A stretch of 63,261 nt of DNA, counting the filler, from Collodictyon triciliatum (lineage: Eukaryota): NCBI GenBank assembly GCA_043381765.1. It is 5 parts of 5 records of this genome, joined end to end, with 100 filler letters (N's around TTAATTAATTAA, not from the genome) between each part and the next. Parts side by side here need not be neighbours in the genome. Positions count along the whole stretch, not along the records: positions 30,297 to 46,554 come from JBHJMP010000194.1; positions 46,655 to 60,293 come from JBHJMP010000196.1; 3 more parts are not named here. The stretch is one strand, 5' to 3'. Within the stretch, counting starts at the first letter, position 1, and every line of letters begins with the position of its first letter. This document shows, piece after piece, positions 37,109 to 49,435 of the stretch. A program made the position numbers and the translations under genes. The notes under the pieces are model-generated. The model saw only the letters and a list, made by a program, of their open reading frames with translations. It had not been told where the DNA came from and did not search any database.

Positions 37109-39929
37109 AATACTTGCGTGTATCAGTTAGCTTTACTTCTTATTTCCGTGGTATTTTTCATACGGCCGTCTCTTGGTATACCCACGCAGGAACTGCCACT
37201 TAATGATTGGGTAAATCTTTCAGTCGCAATGTTTTGCAATTATTCTTTTTGACTAAGTCCATTCTACCTTTGAAAAAGCATATTCATGCATCTCCTTGCT
37301 AAATTGGCATTACAATCTCCAACGTGTCTTTTTCTATCTCTAACCATCATTTTGTTACAGGATGATTTTTTTAATGATGGAGAAATAGCGAACGACTCCG
37401 TTTATGTTCAATCATCAGAATTTACCAAAGACGAAGCTTATAAAGTAATGGCTCAAAGAGAAGAAATTCAGATGAAATCAGAAGGTCTGTTTTCTGGCAT
37501 AGGGTCTGATGTTCCCCAAACTGAGACGATAGAAAACATATCTGAGCTTGTTTCAGATATACCCGAAACGGAGACTGACGATTATTTTTCCCCTATCATT
37601 TCGGAACTACCCTCTGAATCTCTTTTCGATAACCACACAATATCTCCATCACAATTTGAAACAGGCCAGACTGAATACATTACTGAAAGCGTAACAAGAG
37701 GTAAGCCTGATAAAAAATAATACTAATACGGATAATAACATGTTAATAAAGTAATAGTAAAAGAGAATATAATCGAGACATGAAGCTCTATTGTTATGAA
37801 TGAAAGTATTGTTACTTTATATTTTTCCTATTTTTTCTCGCTAATAATTTCTGTCATCTACTATGAGACAAATTTTACGTGATATGTATTTTTCTTCTAT
37901 GTGCTTCTGACTCAATTCGTACTCAAAGCAGCGGACTCTGTGCACGTCATGTTCCGTATTGGCGAGTCGAAGCTGCATTTTGATAAAGATTCGTTCGTAT
38001 CTGTAATCGTAACCCATCTAAATATCAAGTCATCTCAATTCCAAGTAAACAGCATCCAAGAAACTGACACACCTGAGGAAATTGATGTTCACTGTGTTGT
38101 TTTTTCTCATGATTCATTGTCAGCAGCGCAACTTTCTGAGAGAATCGAAGTAGCAGTGAGAGAAGGTCATCCGGTAAATATTTTACAAATATAGTTATTC
38201 ACTGGGTATGTTTCTTTGGATTTAATAATTTTTATTTTTACCATTGAACTATATACCATACCAACTTTACAAACACAACATTCAATCGCCATTAGGACCT
38301 TTCCACATTAAAGATAATTTATTACGTCACACACGAAGGGGATGTTATATACTATGGCTTTGAACAGAGTAAGATTCGAATGACATGTTTACTTTCATTC
38401 GATTTTCCATATTAGGATTATTCTAGTAGAAAAATTTAATGACGGCAAGAGTGTAATATTATCTGAAAAAAAAAAAAGCAGAGTCGCAAACACCACTTCG
38501 AATAACAAACTCTGTTCGCCCGTCATCGTCCCTCACTGGTTGTTGTCTTATTTTTGTTGGATTAAATATTTTGATCTGCTTTCACTTCCCAATGACGGAG
38601 CGTGCTTTTTTATGTTTAACACCCACGATTATATGCATGAATATTTTTCCATAGATCCAAGGGTACATACTATTGAAATGATTCTGCTCTCACACGTGTC
38701 TCTCTTTGATGAGTTCAAGTTTGTGAGCGTGGTTTCATCTGTCAGTCAAATCAACGCCGGCCAAATAAGCGTCAAAAATGTGTCGGATTTTCTCGAAAAA
38801 CAAGTGTTGGACAAGAATCGAAACGCTAATAGCAAAACATCGGTAGTATATGACGTCCTTCACGGGGAGATGTCTTCAACACAGGCATCGAAAGCTATTA
38901 TGGATACGGTTTTGCAAGGACATAAGGTATGTGCAGCTCCAATTTACAACTCTATGTCATCTTCTGATATGGGGTTTATGTCAATACAGGGATATGCCGA
39001 AATCAGATTGTTGATGGCCAGGATGAACGATGGTGATTTCATCGACTTCGCCTCTTCAGTAATGCTACGATATGTTGTTTTATACATGAAGGAAATGTCA
39101 TGAGTCTTTTTTCCCTTTCTTTTCTTTTCTTTTTGTATTTGTATCTCTTTCATTTTCCTTTCCTTTCCTTTCCTTTCCTTTCCTTTCCTTTCCTTTCCTT
39201 TCCTTTCCTTTCCTTTCCTTTCCTTTCCTTTCCTTTCCTTTCCTTTCNNNNNNNNNNNNNNNNNNNNNNNNNNNNNNNNNNNNNNNNNNNNNNNNNNNNN
39301 NNNNNNNNNNNNNNNNNNNNNNNNNNNNNNNNNNNNNNNNNNNNNNNTTTCTTTTCTTTTCTTTTCTTTTCTTTTCTTTTCTTTTCTTTTCTTTTCTTTT
39401 CTTTTCTTTTCTTTTCTTTTCTTTTCTTTTCTTTTCTTTTCTTTTCTTTTCCTCCATTTTTATTTTTATTTTTATTTCTTTAAGGCACATGTCATCTCTC
39501 ACTAATCAAGGACGTCATCATCACTTTGCTCTCTTAGACGGGCGATTCACCTTCAGAGAAATCTGAAGGCTCTCCACTGCTCTTAATTCTTGTGGTTGTC
39601 GGGATAGCCTGTGGGTTGGGCCTCATCATCGGAATAGGATTTTATGCCCACAAAAATAAGAGCATACTGCAGTACTTTGGTAACCATTCGTTAGCCTTCA
39701 AAGGATGCTCAAGATACAACGACACCTTTTTTTTTTCCTTCACAAATCTAACATCGAGGTGAAATCATGATGTACAGTGTTCCGATGGAGGTCGACCAAA
39801 CACGCGGAGCTGGACGAGGATGAAGAAGAGCCACAAGAGACACAGAGAGACGATGAACAGGGAGAAGATGAGCCGAAGCGTTATGGAAAGAACATCGAGA
39901 TGGTTGATTTGCTCAAAGCCGGATACTAG
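37109..39929 (+). CDS. Type I membrane protein with two SEA-like modules, paralogue B (start exon unresolved)
   Basis: Same exon structure as paralogue A, with shared motifs DW|DxFFxD, SELPSES, MFRI, YYxTHEGDVIY, HTIEMILL, VVYDVLH and GYAEIxLLxARM. TM segment LLLILVVVGIACGLGLIIGIGFY; tail ending KNIEMVDLLKAGY*. Confidence 0.75.
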
Positions 39930-40244
39930 CTCGTATCACTGAACTCATTTCTAGAGTCATCACGCACGGTATTATATCATACCAAAGAGAATAAAATATA
40001 CCAAGGAATCCACCACATAGAGGCGTGTTGCAAAGGTGACGATAAAACCCGATGAAAACACAAAAGGTTATTAGAAAGGAAAGAATACTAAAGGAGTTTC
40101 CATAATAAACCAAGGGCTTCCGTTCGCACTGTAGAGCCAACTCGTATCCCATACAGAAACATGAAAACCCCACGCTCTTACTTTTATAATCCTCTTCTCC
40201 AACTGGCAGTCGTCCCAAAACAGCCATCAACTCATCCACCACCC

Positions 40245-40321
<77 letters not shown>

Positions 40322-40450
40322 TTACTCGACTCGCAAACCTCTCCAAACGACTCTATTCTTCTATTACGACTCTACACGATTAAACCAAACAAACCGTGCA
40401 CATTGTTTTCTTAATGTTTATCGTTCTCCCCCATTATCCAACCTTACTCT

Positions 40451-40537
<87 letters not shown>

Positions 40538-40652
40538 TTCATTCATTCATTCATTCATTTATTCATTTATTCATTCATTCATTTATCCACCTCTTTCATT
40601 TCCGAATACGCCCATACCCTCGCTCTGCGACTCCCAAGAAGCCGACCTGCTT

Positions 40653-43600
40653 ATGAGCGCAACGCGGCCGATCGACCTGAGCGACTCGGCAACTTTGCCA
40701 AACCTGCCTGCGCGCACCCGCTCCGTCCCAAAACGAAGGCCTCCACGAACAGCACCGTCCACTCTGCTCACACACCCAACAAAACCGACAAGTCTCGCAG
40801 CCGAAACCCGGGCAAAGTCCTCGCCTGTTGTTCCGAGCGACTCGCCTGTTCGAGCGCAACACACGCCCACAAACAACACGCCCAAGACTCACAAATCCAC
40901 GCCAAACTCGCCTTTGCAAAAGGCTCTGCCCGATTCCAACGCAGAAACGCATCACATGCATCCGAATCAGAAGAGCGGGCAGTTCCATCCAAGGGTCATG
41001 AGCTCCTTCATCCGCCACCTCACGACGTGGCTCCATTCAAACCCGCCTCATCCCACCATGGATCTGCAGAGTCTGTTTGGACACTACAGGTTCTCGTCTC
41101 GCTTCATCCGCCTCTGGATGGAGGAGTGGGAAAGCCCGACACTTCGGTGGATGGAATGGAAGCAGGCAAGGTTTATGCACAAATGTTTCTGCATCAAGTG
41201 CGAAGCAGGTTTGCCAGTGGCAGGGCGTTCTCAAACGCCTGACTCCATGATGCAGAAGGATCAGCAAGGAGCTATGGGCTCTTTGCATGAAGCACATCAG
41301 AATAGTCTCAATCACAAAGAATTATTCCCATCCAGACCAAACACTAGTTTGTTTATTGACGGACAAGGCCTCGACGATGTAAATCTGGAGCTCTCTGCTG
41401 ATTACAAAGATAGGCAAAGGAGAATGAACAGAGACATGCACCAAACGAATGAAAAATACGGCAACTACGTGGAAATGAAAAATAGGCGATTGTCAGATTC
41501 ATCCTCAAGCTCCCCGTCTCGTTCTCCTTCCCCTCCACTCTCTCCTTCTGGGAGACGTAGGCAGAAAGGTATTGTCTTGGTCGGAAAGAAAACGCGTCAT
41601 ATGTCACTGCATCAACTTGACCGGGAGTTACATCGATTGGTCAGCTCATGCCATAAACTTTCATGGGATGCGCAGAATGTTATGAAGTTTGATCGGCATT
41701 CACCTCTACAGAATGAAAGTTATTTATATTCAGATCTAAATTATTCCATTGGTAGATTCAACCAAATGATTCACCAAATCGCCGCCACGGCACGGTACGC
41801 TTCGTGTCTGAATATTTACCTAATGAATTACTTAGACCTTCTTGTTTTCTTGTTTTCTTGTTTTATTGTTTTCTTGTTTTCTTGTTTTATTGTTTTCTTG
41901 TTTTATTGTTTTCTTGTTTTATTGTTTTCTTGTTTTATTGTTTTCTTGTTTTATTGTTTTCTTGTTTTCTTGTTTTCTTGTTTTCTTGTTTTATTGTTTT
42001 ATTGTTTTATTGTTTTATTGTTTTATTGCTTTATTGCTTTATTGCTTTATTGCTTTATTGTTTTATTGTTTTATTGTTTTATTGTTTTATTGTTTTATTG
42101 TTTTATTGTTTTATTGTTTTATTGTTTTATTGTTTTATTGTTTTATTGTTTTATTGTTNNNNNNNNNNNNNNNNNNNNNNNNNNNNNNNNNNNNNNNNNN
42201 NNNNNNNNNNNNNNNNNNNNNNNNNNNNNNNNNNNNNNNNNNNNNNNNNNNNNNNNNNTGTTTTTTGTTTTTTGTTTTTTGTTTTTTGTTTTTTGTTTTA
42301 TTGTTTTTTGTTTTATTGTTTTTTGTTTTATTGTTTTTTGTTTTATTGTTTTTTGTTTTATTGTTTTATTGTTTTATTGTTTTATTGTTTTATTGTTTTA
42401 TTTTTTTCTTGATTTCTTGATTTCTTGATTTCTTGATTTCTTGATTTCTTTTTTGTCAAGGCATTGGGGAAATCATAGTAGAGAGAAAAAGCTGATGGGA
42501 CATTTCTCTTTACTAACATGCCCTTTTCTTAAAGATATTTTTACTTTTAGTGCACAGTTGAATCTTTCTATATGCCTCCGGTCAGAGGGAACATCGTCTG
42601 ATATACATGAAGCTTTGCAACAGCTCGAAAAGGTCGGTCAATTTTTGGAGGGGAGCGATTTCATTACAGTCGCGCACGAAATATATGCTGACCGTTCCGA
42701 AAAAGAGACACAACTTCCCAGAACCTCTACAAATTCCTTTCCACCAGGGCAATCATCTCATCTTTTGCCAGACAGTAATGACCCATCGGGCTCTTTCATC
42801 GCTGTAGAGAATGAGAAAAAGGAGTCATCTCTCTCAACCTCAGAGCCGGTGTCTAATTATATTAAAGCTTCTTCCCTTATTGCGCAGGTGAGTAAGCCAA
42901 CGGGAATTGACTCTTACAAAATTGTTGTTCAAAAGAATTCAAACACAGAAATCGGGAGTAAACAACAGGAATCAAATCCTACCCAAACAATTGTCCAGTT
43001 CCATCCGGAGAACACACTTTCACACGACTTAATCCAGCCAATTACATACCCAAGATTTCAGCCAAAGTCTGTCATCGTGTCCGCTAAAATTCAAGAGTAT
43101 AAAGATAAACAACCATCCCCGCAATTATCATCCATATATTCCACATCTCCACTGGTTTCTTCTCCGACGGAGCTACATGAAAATGCAAACAAGTACATGG
43201 GAGATAGACCAAAAACCTCTGGGAGCCTGTGGAGCAGCAATTTCGAGACAACGCAAGGGATTTGCAATATACACACGATTAACATGCCGGTAGTACCAGG
43301 AAATCGAGATGAAAAGGGCGTATCTACCGCCAATTCAAATGGAAAAATTAGTTTTGGGTCAGACACCACAAATATTACCCACGATGCATCTGCCAAAGAG
43401 ACATCCCTGATGCAAAGACAAAGTCCGAAGCATTTTTCCAAGTCAACGTCACCAACCGTGAAATCCCGCTCAACCTTGGCCAAAAACTTGTTGACATGTG
43501 ATCCAGAGCTTAAGAAAGCGCAAGAAGTGTACCACCCTATGGTAAATACCACTTCTACCACACAGACAAAAGGACCTCATTCGAACTTTCTTTTTCTTTT

Positions 43601-44664
43601 TCTTCTCTTCATTTTTTCCTTCATTATTCTTTTCCGGTTCTCTTTCTAGTTCCTCTCTTTCCTCCCCTTCCTTTTTATTTGATCGTGTACGTCTTTTCGT
43701 TATTTATTAAATTATATTACTCCAGATCGAAATCCTTTGCAGTCAAGAGGATATTGATTCCAATTTATCTCGGTTGGAGATTCCGTTCCCTTACACGATT
43801 AAAGAACTCCGGGTTTCTTTTCTTTTCTTTTTTTTTTCTCTATTCGATTGATATTACCCACAAATAGACTCTAAAAAAAAAAGGAACATAATCAAAATTG
43901 TAAATTAGGAATTAGTTCAAAGGCAATACAAACTCCTTTCAACTGGAATTACTCTTTCGTATCCCAGCAGTGCTGGTGAAATCGTCCCGCTGAAATCATC
44001 AAAGGAATTAAACACATATCTCAAATATGAAATGAAGAAGAAAAGCACAATAAGAATAATCATTTCCAAAGAAAATCCAAGCCACCGATGTATGGTTTTC
44101 GTTCTTTATTCATCAACTATCAACATTCATCTTGGTTGTTTATGTGCAATCACTATAAATTAAATTTCATTTCAATCAACGATAAGCGTTTTTTCTTTTT
44201 TCTTTTTTTTCCTTCCTTTTCTTCTTTCTTTTTTCTTCTTTCTTTCCTTTCAGCGACGGCAAGACTAACATCCATACGCAAATAAAATAACAGGGCAGCC
44301 AGTGATGCCGCAGAAAGTGTGCGAGCTCTCTGGAAGCAATCTACCAGAGATACGACCGACATATTCGTTCATCTCTCTTGGGTCGGCCAACCCGCACACT
44401 CCATCGGCTCCAGACATGTTTTACCCCCCGTCTGCGCAATCCTCAGTTCCTGCATTCAGTATATTTACTGCCCAAACAAACGCCATGCAATCTGCATATC
44501 CCCCAACGACATACGCCAACCGCACTTCCTTGACAACGCCGTCTGAATCTCCTGTCCCACTCGTCGATTCTTTTCTTGAGACAAGTGGCCAGTATCTATA
44601 CAAAACTTCAAATATGTCATCACGGCAGAGTTTTTCACCAAAGACACCACACAATTCGAATTGA
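40653..44664 (+). CDS. Large Ser/Pro/Thr-rich hypothetical protein (about four exons)
   Basis: Exons at about 40653-41792, 42551-43541, 43909-44094 and 44293-44664 splice in frame. Mostly low complexity; no domain recognised. Confidence 0.6.
41838..42450 (+). repeat. (TTTTCTTG/TTTTATTG)n compound repeat containing an N gap
   Basis: Intron of the hypothetical gene at 40653-44664. Confidence 0.9.
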
Positions 44665-44844
44665 TGTATGAAGCTCGGAATACCAGTGAAGTGCCGCTTG
44701 GATGGTTCTCTCATTTAAATGACTGTCATGTCGACAGTAGCATAATAAACTGTGCATATATAAGATTTAAACGCATCAATTTTTGCCAATGTTTTTCTCG
44801 CAAGAAAAGTGAAGCATGATGAATTGTGATGTTTGATTGTTGTT

Positions 44845-44897
<53 letters not shown>

Positions 44898-45660
44898 GAA
44901 TGATAGCTCTTTCGAGCGACAGTCTTGTCAGAATAGTTTTCCTAGCGATGGTGTAATACGATTATAACAAGGTGATAAATATGCGAGTGTAAGAGTGAGA
45001 AAGAAGTAGAAAAATATTAATATGGTAATATTGTGAATCAACCAGGGATGACATTCGTATTCCCTTTAATTGTCAATCTTATTCTGATATAAACTGCTGC
45101 ATATGAAACGTGGAACTTGGTCTAATTCTATCACTAATGATAGTAAATATTGATTGCTATTTGGATGTACGGTCCTGAATCCGCTTATTTGATACATCCT
45201 TTAAACCCCAATAAAATACTAATTATGTTTCCCATGGCCTCTATTGAAAATACGTAAAGAATAACTGACTGAACCTTCAACCAAAAAAAATTATGGGTAA
45301 ATGAGGTGTTTTCCCTGTTCGACATTAGTATTAGATGCAGCCTTGTAATATATAAGCATAGAGTAAATCCAGTAATTGATGCTGATTGCATCGGGTTGCA
45401 TTCCGAATGTATTTATAAGGTATATACGTGAGGATTATGTCTAATCCTTGAGGTGAGCTTTGCTACATTTTTTTTTTTTAAAAAAAAAAAGACAACAATC
45501 GGACAAAAAGAAGGACAATCCAAGGTGGTGGTGAGCAAGGAAAATCTATCAAATAACATCTCATTTCTACGACTCATGGACGATGACAACTACCAACATT
45601 TGATGAATTATCTGGTACCAATGTTCCAGAATAGATTATCACTCCCCCAAACAACCATTT

Positions 45661-46347
45661 TCATTCAAACTGCAGCATGGCTGATGACCGAGTATGTTCC
45701 GATAGACCTTGCGCAACGTGAGGTTGAGAAAATACCGGTGTTCCAATTGGTTGCGTTGTTTGATGAAAAAGTCTCTCATGTGGTGATTGCGCGTTCATTT
45801 GTCGGCTGTCTATTTGAACCCCACTCGTCCTCTTTTCCGGGGCATTGCGTTTGTCAGGAACGGGTGTTTGATGTGCCATGGATGATACTAGTGTTCCTGG
45901 AGAGCTCGTATTTCTGGATTGTGCTTGCGACTCTCGGCTGTATGTTGGTGTGGCTCTTGGGAAGGCTGCTTGGATGGGTGAGTTCATTGGGTCTACCAAG
46001 TATGAATCTCTGCTGGTTTGATGACTCGGATTGTGAGGCTTCTGCACGCCTTGATGTCTATTTTCGATTTAGACTGTATTTGATTGTGCAGATTGAATAT
46101 ATATATGTCGATAGTCACATCAGCCAGCCACTTTTCAAGACAATTTGTCGTACATTTACAAAAACATCAATTCAAATGGTCAACAAACATAAGTAATAGA
46201 GAACATATTTGATTTAAAATTAGAGACAAAATATACTAGAAACCATGTAATTTTTGACAACTTGGATATCATATTTTGAGAGAAGCATTACTTTGTTTCG
46301 TCTTGATTGAGATTCTCTATTGCTACGATTAGTGGCTTGGGTTTCAA
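45661..46347 (-). CDS. 3' end of a hypothetical protein (5'-truncated at scaffold end)
   Basis: A TTGCAG acceptor opens an exon at 46347 (LKPKPLIVAIENLNQDETK) that splices in phase to the Gln/Ser/Pro-rich ORF ending ...SSAMLQFE* at 45661. Confidence 0.4.
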
Positions 46348-46459
46348 CTGCAACGTAAAAAAATAATCAAATTTTAGGAGTTTATAATTTTACTTCAATA
46401 GAAAAAGGTTTCTTGATTATTTATGAATTTGGTTATGCACTTTAATTATTTCGTTTATC

Positions 46460-46554
<95 letters not shown>

Positions 46555-46654
46555 NNNNNNNNNNNNNNNNNNNNNNNNNNNNNNNNNNNNNNNNNNNNTT
46601 AATTAATTAANNNNNNNNNNNNNNNNNNNNNNNNNNNNNNNNNNNNNNNNNNNN
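46555..46654. other. Artificial scaffold-joining linker
   Basis: N44-TTAATTAATTAA-N44 (12-mer at 46599-46610). Confidence 0.97.
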
Positions 46655-48072
46655 CATTTATCCTTGAAAACTAGCTGAGTGTAACGCAAAGTCTGACAAA
46701 AATACATGTGTAAAAAAGAAGGGGAAAAGGCCGGATTAAATAGTACTCTGTAATTTTGCTGTGTATTGATGATTCCATTTACAACAGGCAGAGCAGATGA
46801 TAATATTTTGATTTTAAGCGTCATGCGTATTATTTTAGTATATACCTCCTCAACTTCTGTTTTGTCCATTTTGCGCCATAATTCGGATTTCACTTATCAT
46901 TTCAAGCACTTTACGGGAGAAAATCAAAGTGACAAAAACTCATTCTATTCGAAACGCGCTATATCTATTCAACAATCGTGGAGTAGAATTATGATATGAT
47001 ATACTCATTTTTAGATTGAGTGAATTTGATTTGTTATACCCTGATGCACTATCCAAGTCGGAAGTTGACCCTAAAACTAACGATGGTAATTAAATCATGC
47101 ATAATTCTCTGCAATTGTGGGGTAGCAACTACATGTCGGTGGAACCAACCTTCAACCAGAGACTTCGAGTCAGTTTAGAGAGCGATTGAAGAACCCTAAG
47201 GCCAAAAAAAGCAGTAAGTCAGATTACAGGACCCAGAGTACGGCCAACTGGGCACAACAGATTGTGTAAGTCACGTGTATGAAGCTAACTACATGACAAC
47301 AGACAAGTCAGATTGAGCAAGTTGGCACATAAACGTAGTGTGGTTTTGGTGGAGGTGAAAGAATCGAATCACTTGGCGCTCTTTCTTTATGAGCCAAGAA
47401 CAATTATGCAGCTGAAAGGGAAAAAAAAATGTGATGTAAAAATGTAAGAGGCCAATTTTTTGTAAGGGACAGTTTTCAAGCACTTCTGCTATGATAATCC
47501 GCATAAATATGTAATTAAAGTCAGCAGTTTTAAATTGTCCAATTTTCTCTTATGGAGTTTTATGGGTTTACCACATATGAAAAGTTTGGCAATCGCATGA
47601 CCCAATAACATGACTATTTCTGAACCTCATTTTATTTTATATCTATTTACACCGCCCATACATATATAAATAAAAATACAAAAGATTTCCATGTTATATT
47701 TCCTCATAAAGTAGGCTACCAGCAGATGGCACGTTGCAGTTATAAAGGAGTTGGAGAATGTGCTGTTTTCTGCTTTTATCTATTTTGCTTTTAATTATTG
47801 TGTATATTATTTTTCAATTTCTGTCTCTTCTGGTTTTTGGGGGGTTTCCCTTTATTTTGCAAGGATATATGCAGCGCATATTTCAACCATATTTTTCCTT
47901 GTCATTTTGTAAGAAAATTTTTTAATAAAGATCAATTGCAATCATTCTTTGGATAATGAATCACGCTCCACCGTGCCCAAACTTCATTCGATTCCGCACA
48001 TCAACACAACCCAACGGGTATCTCCTTGTTAAGTGGGATGCTGTAGGTGGTGGCGATTCCATGAGTGTTCCA

Positions 48073-49340
48073 TCAGAGGGGAAGGCCGAGCGCATCGCAC
48101 TGGACAAAACACTCAACGGCATGGAACTCTGGCAACCCAAGCTGGTCCATACTTTTTGCGGTGGCCATATTACGGTCGCGAGCACGTTGCCAGAATTCTC
48201 TGAGAAGTGAATGACATAATAAGCAACATGAAGTACACGTCATCCAGCTGTGAAGATGCCTAGAATGTGTAGGGAAGGATTAAGTGGCGCTTCCTTACCG
48301 CGGGTCGCTTCCTGGAAAGGCTGCTCGGTCCTTCTGGCTTTCATGGCGGTAGATGGAATCAATTTTTCGTTGCAGGTCGTCCTTTGTGAGACGTAGATGA
48401 TATGAGTGCTCGTCTTGTCAAAAAGAAGAAAATGATTGAATCGGGATACTGGAATAAAAAAAAAAAAAAAGTAAAATCGAGATACATAAAGGATATTAAA
48501 TCGAGGGCGATAAAAGGCATGTTACACCGACATCTATCATAATCATATGAATGAGGATTTAGTTTTCTTAGAAACCTGTGATAGTGGCAGAAACACATCG
48601 GTCTCGTGCACTTCGTATTCCACCCACGAGCCACGATACAACCAAACAGTCGGCTCGTGCACAACCGGTCCAAGGTGAGACGTTCTCTGCATTTATCAGA
48701 AGATTGTATGTGTTCGTTATAGCATCAGTAGCCTCCGTATACATTTTGATTTGAAGTGGAAATTAAGATAAACATAAAACTAGACGAGGAAACCTCAATA
48801 ATATTGGAGAACAAACATCAACAAAACATGCAAGACATACGTATTCCCATTCCAGCTGGTTGTGCGGGTGTTTCGGGTCGTTAGGAGGGACTGTCTCAGG
48901 TCGTCTCTTCTTGGCTGGATGGGGCTCAGCAACACCCATTCCTTCATCTTCCTCAAAGGCGTACGATTCTTTCACATAACGAACGAGCGCCTCGCGAATG
49001 GCATAGTAGCACATTCTCTACATCACCGACGCAGATAAAATTGATTTTGAATATAATAAATATAAAAAAGAGTGCAAAATACCGAAATGAGAAGTATGAT
49101 GATAGCTATGAGAGAATAAGTGAGAAATAAATCTGCAAAAGTGTGTGAAAGAGTAATTACTAAATGGTAAAAGAAAGAGAGAAAAAAAGAGGGAGAGAGA
49201 TAGAGAGGAGGAGGAGGAGGAGGAGGAGGAGGAGGAGGAGNNNNNNNNNNNNNNNNNNNNNNNNNNNNNNNNNNNNNNNNNNNNNNNNNNNNNNNNNNNN
49301 NNNNNNNNNNNNNNNNNNNNNNNNNNNNNNNNNNNNNNNN

Positions 49341-49435
<95 letters not shown>

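Noticed and set aside
45453-46196. 247-aa plus-strand hydrophobic ORF
   Set aside because: It begins in a T/A homopolymer with a non-ATG start and is antisense to a better-supported spliced minus-strand exon pair.
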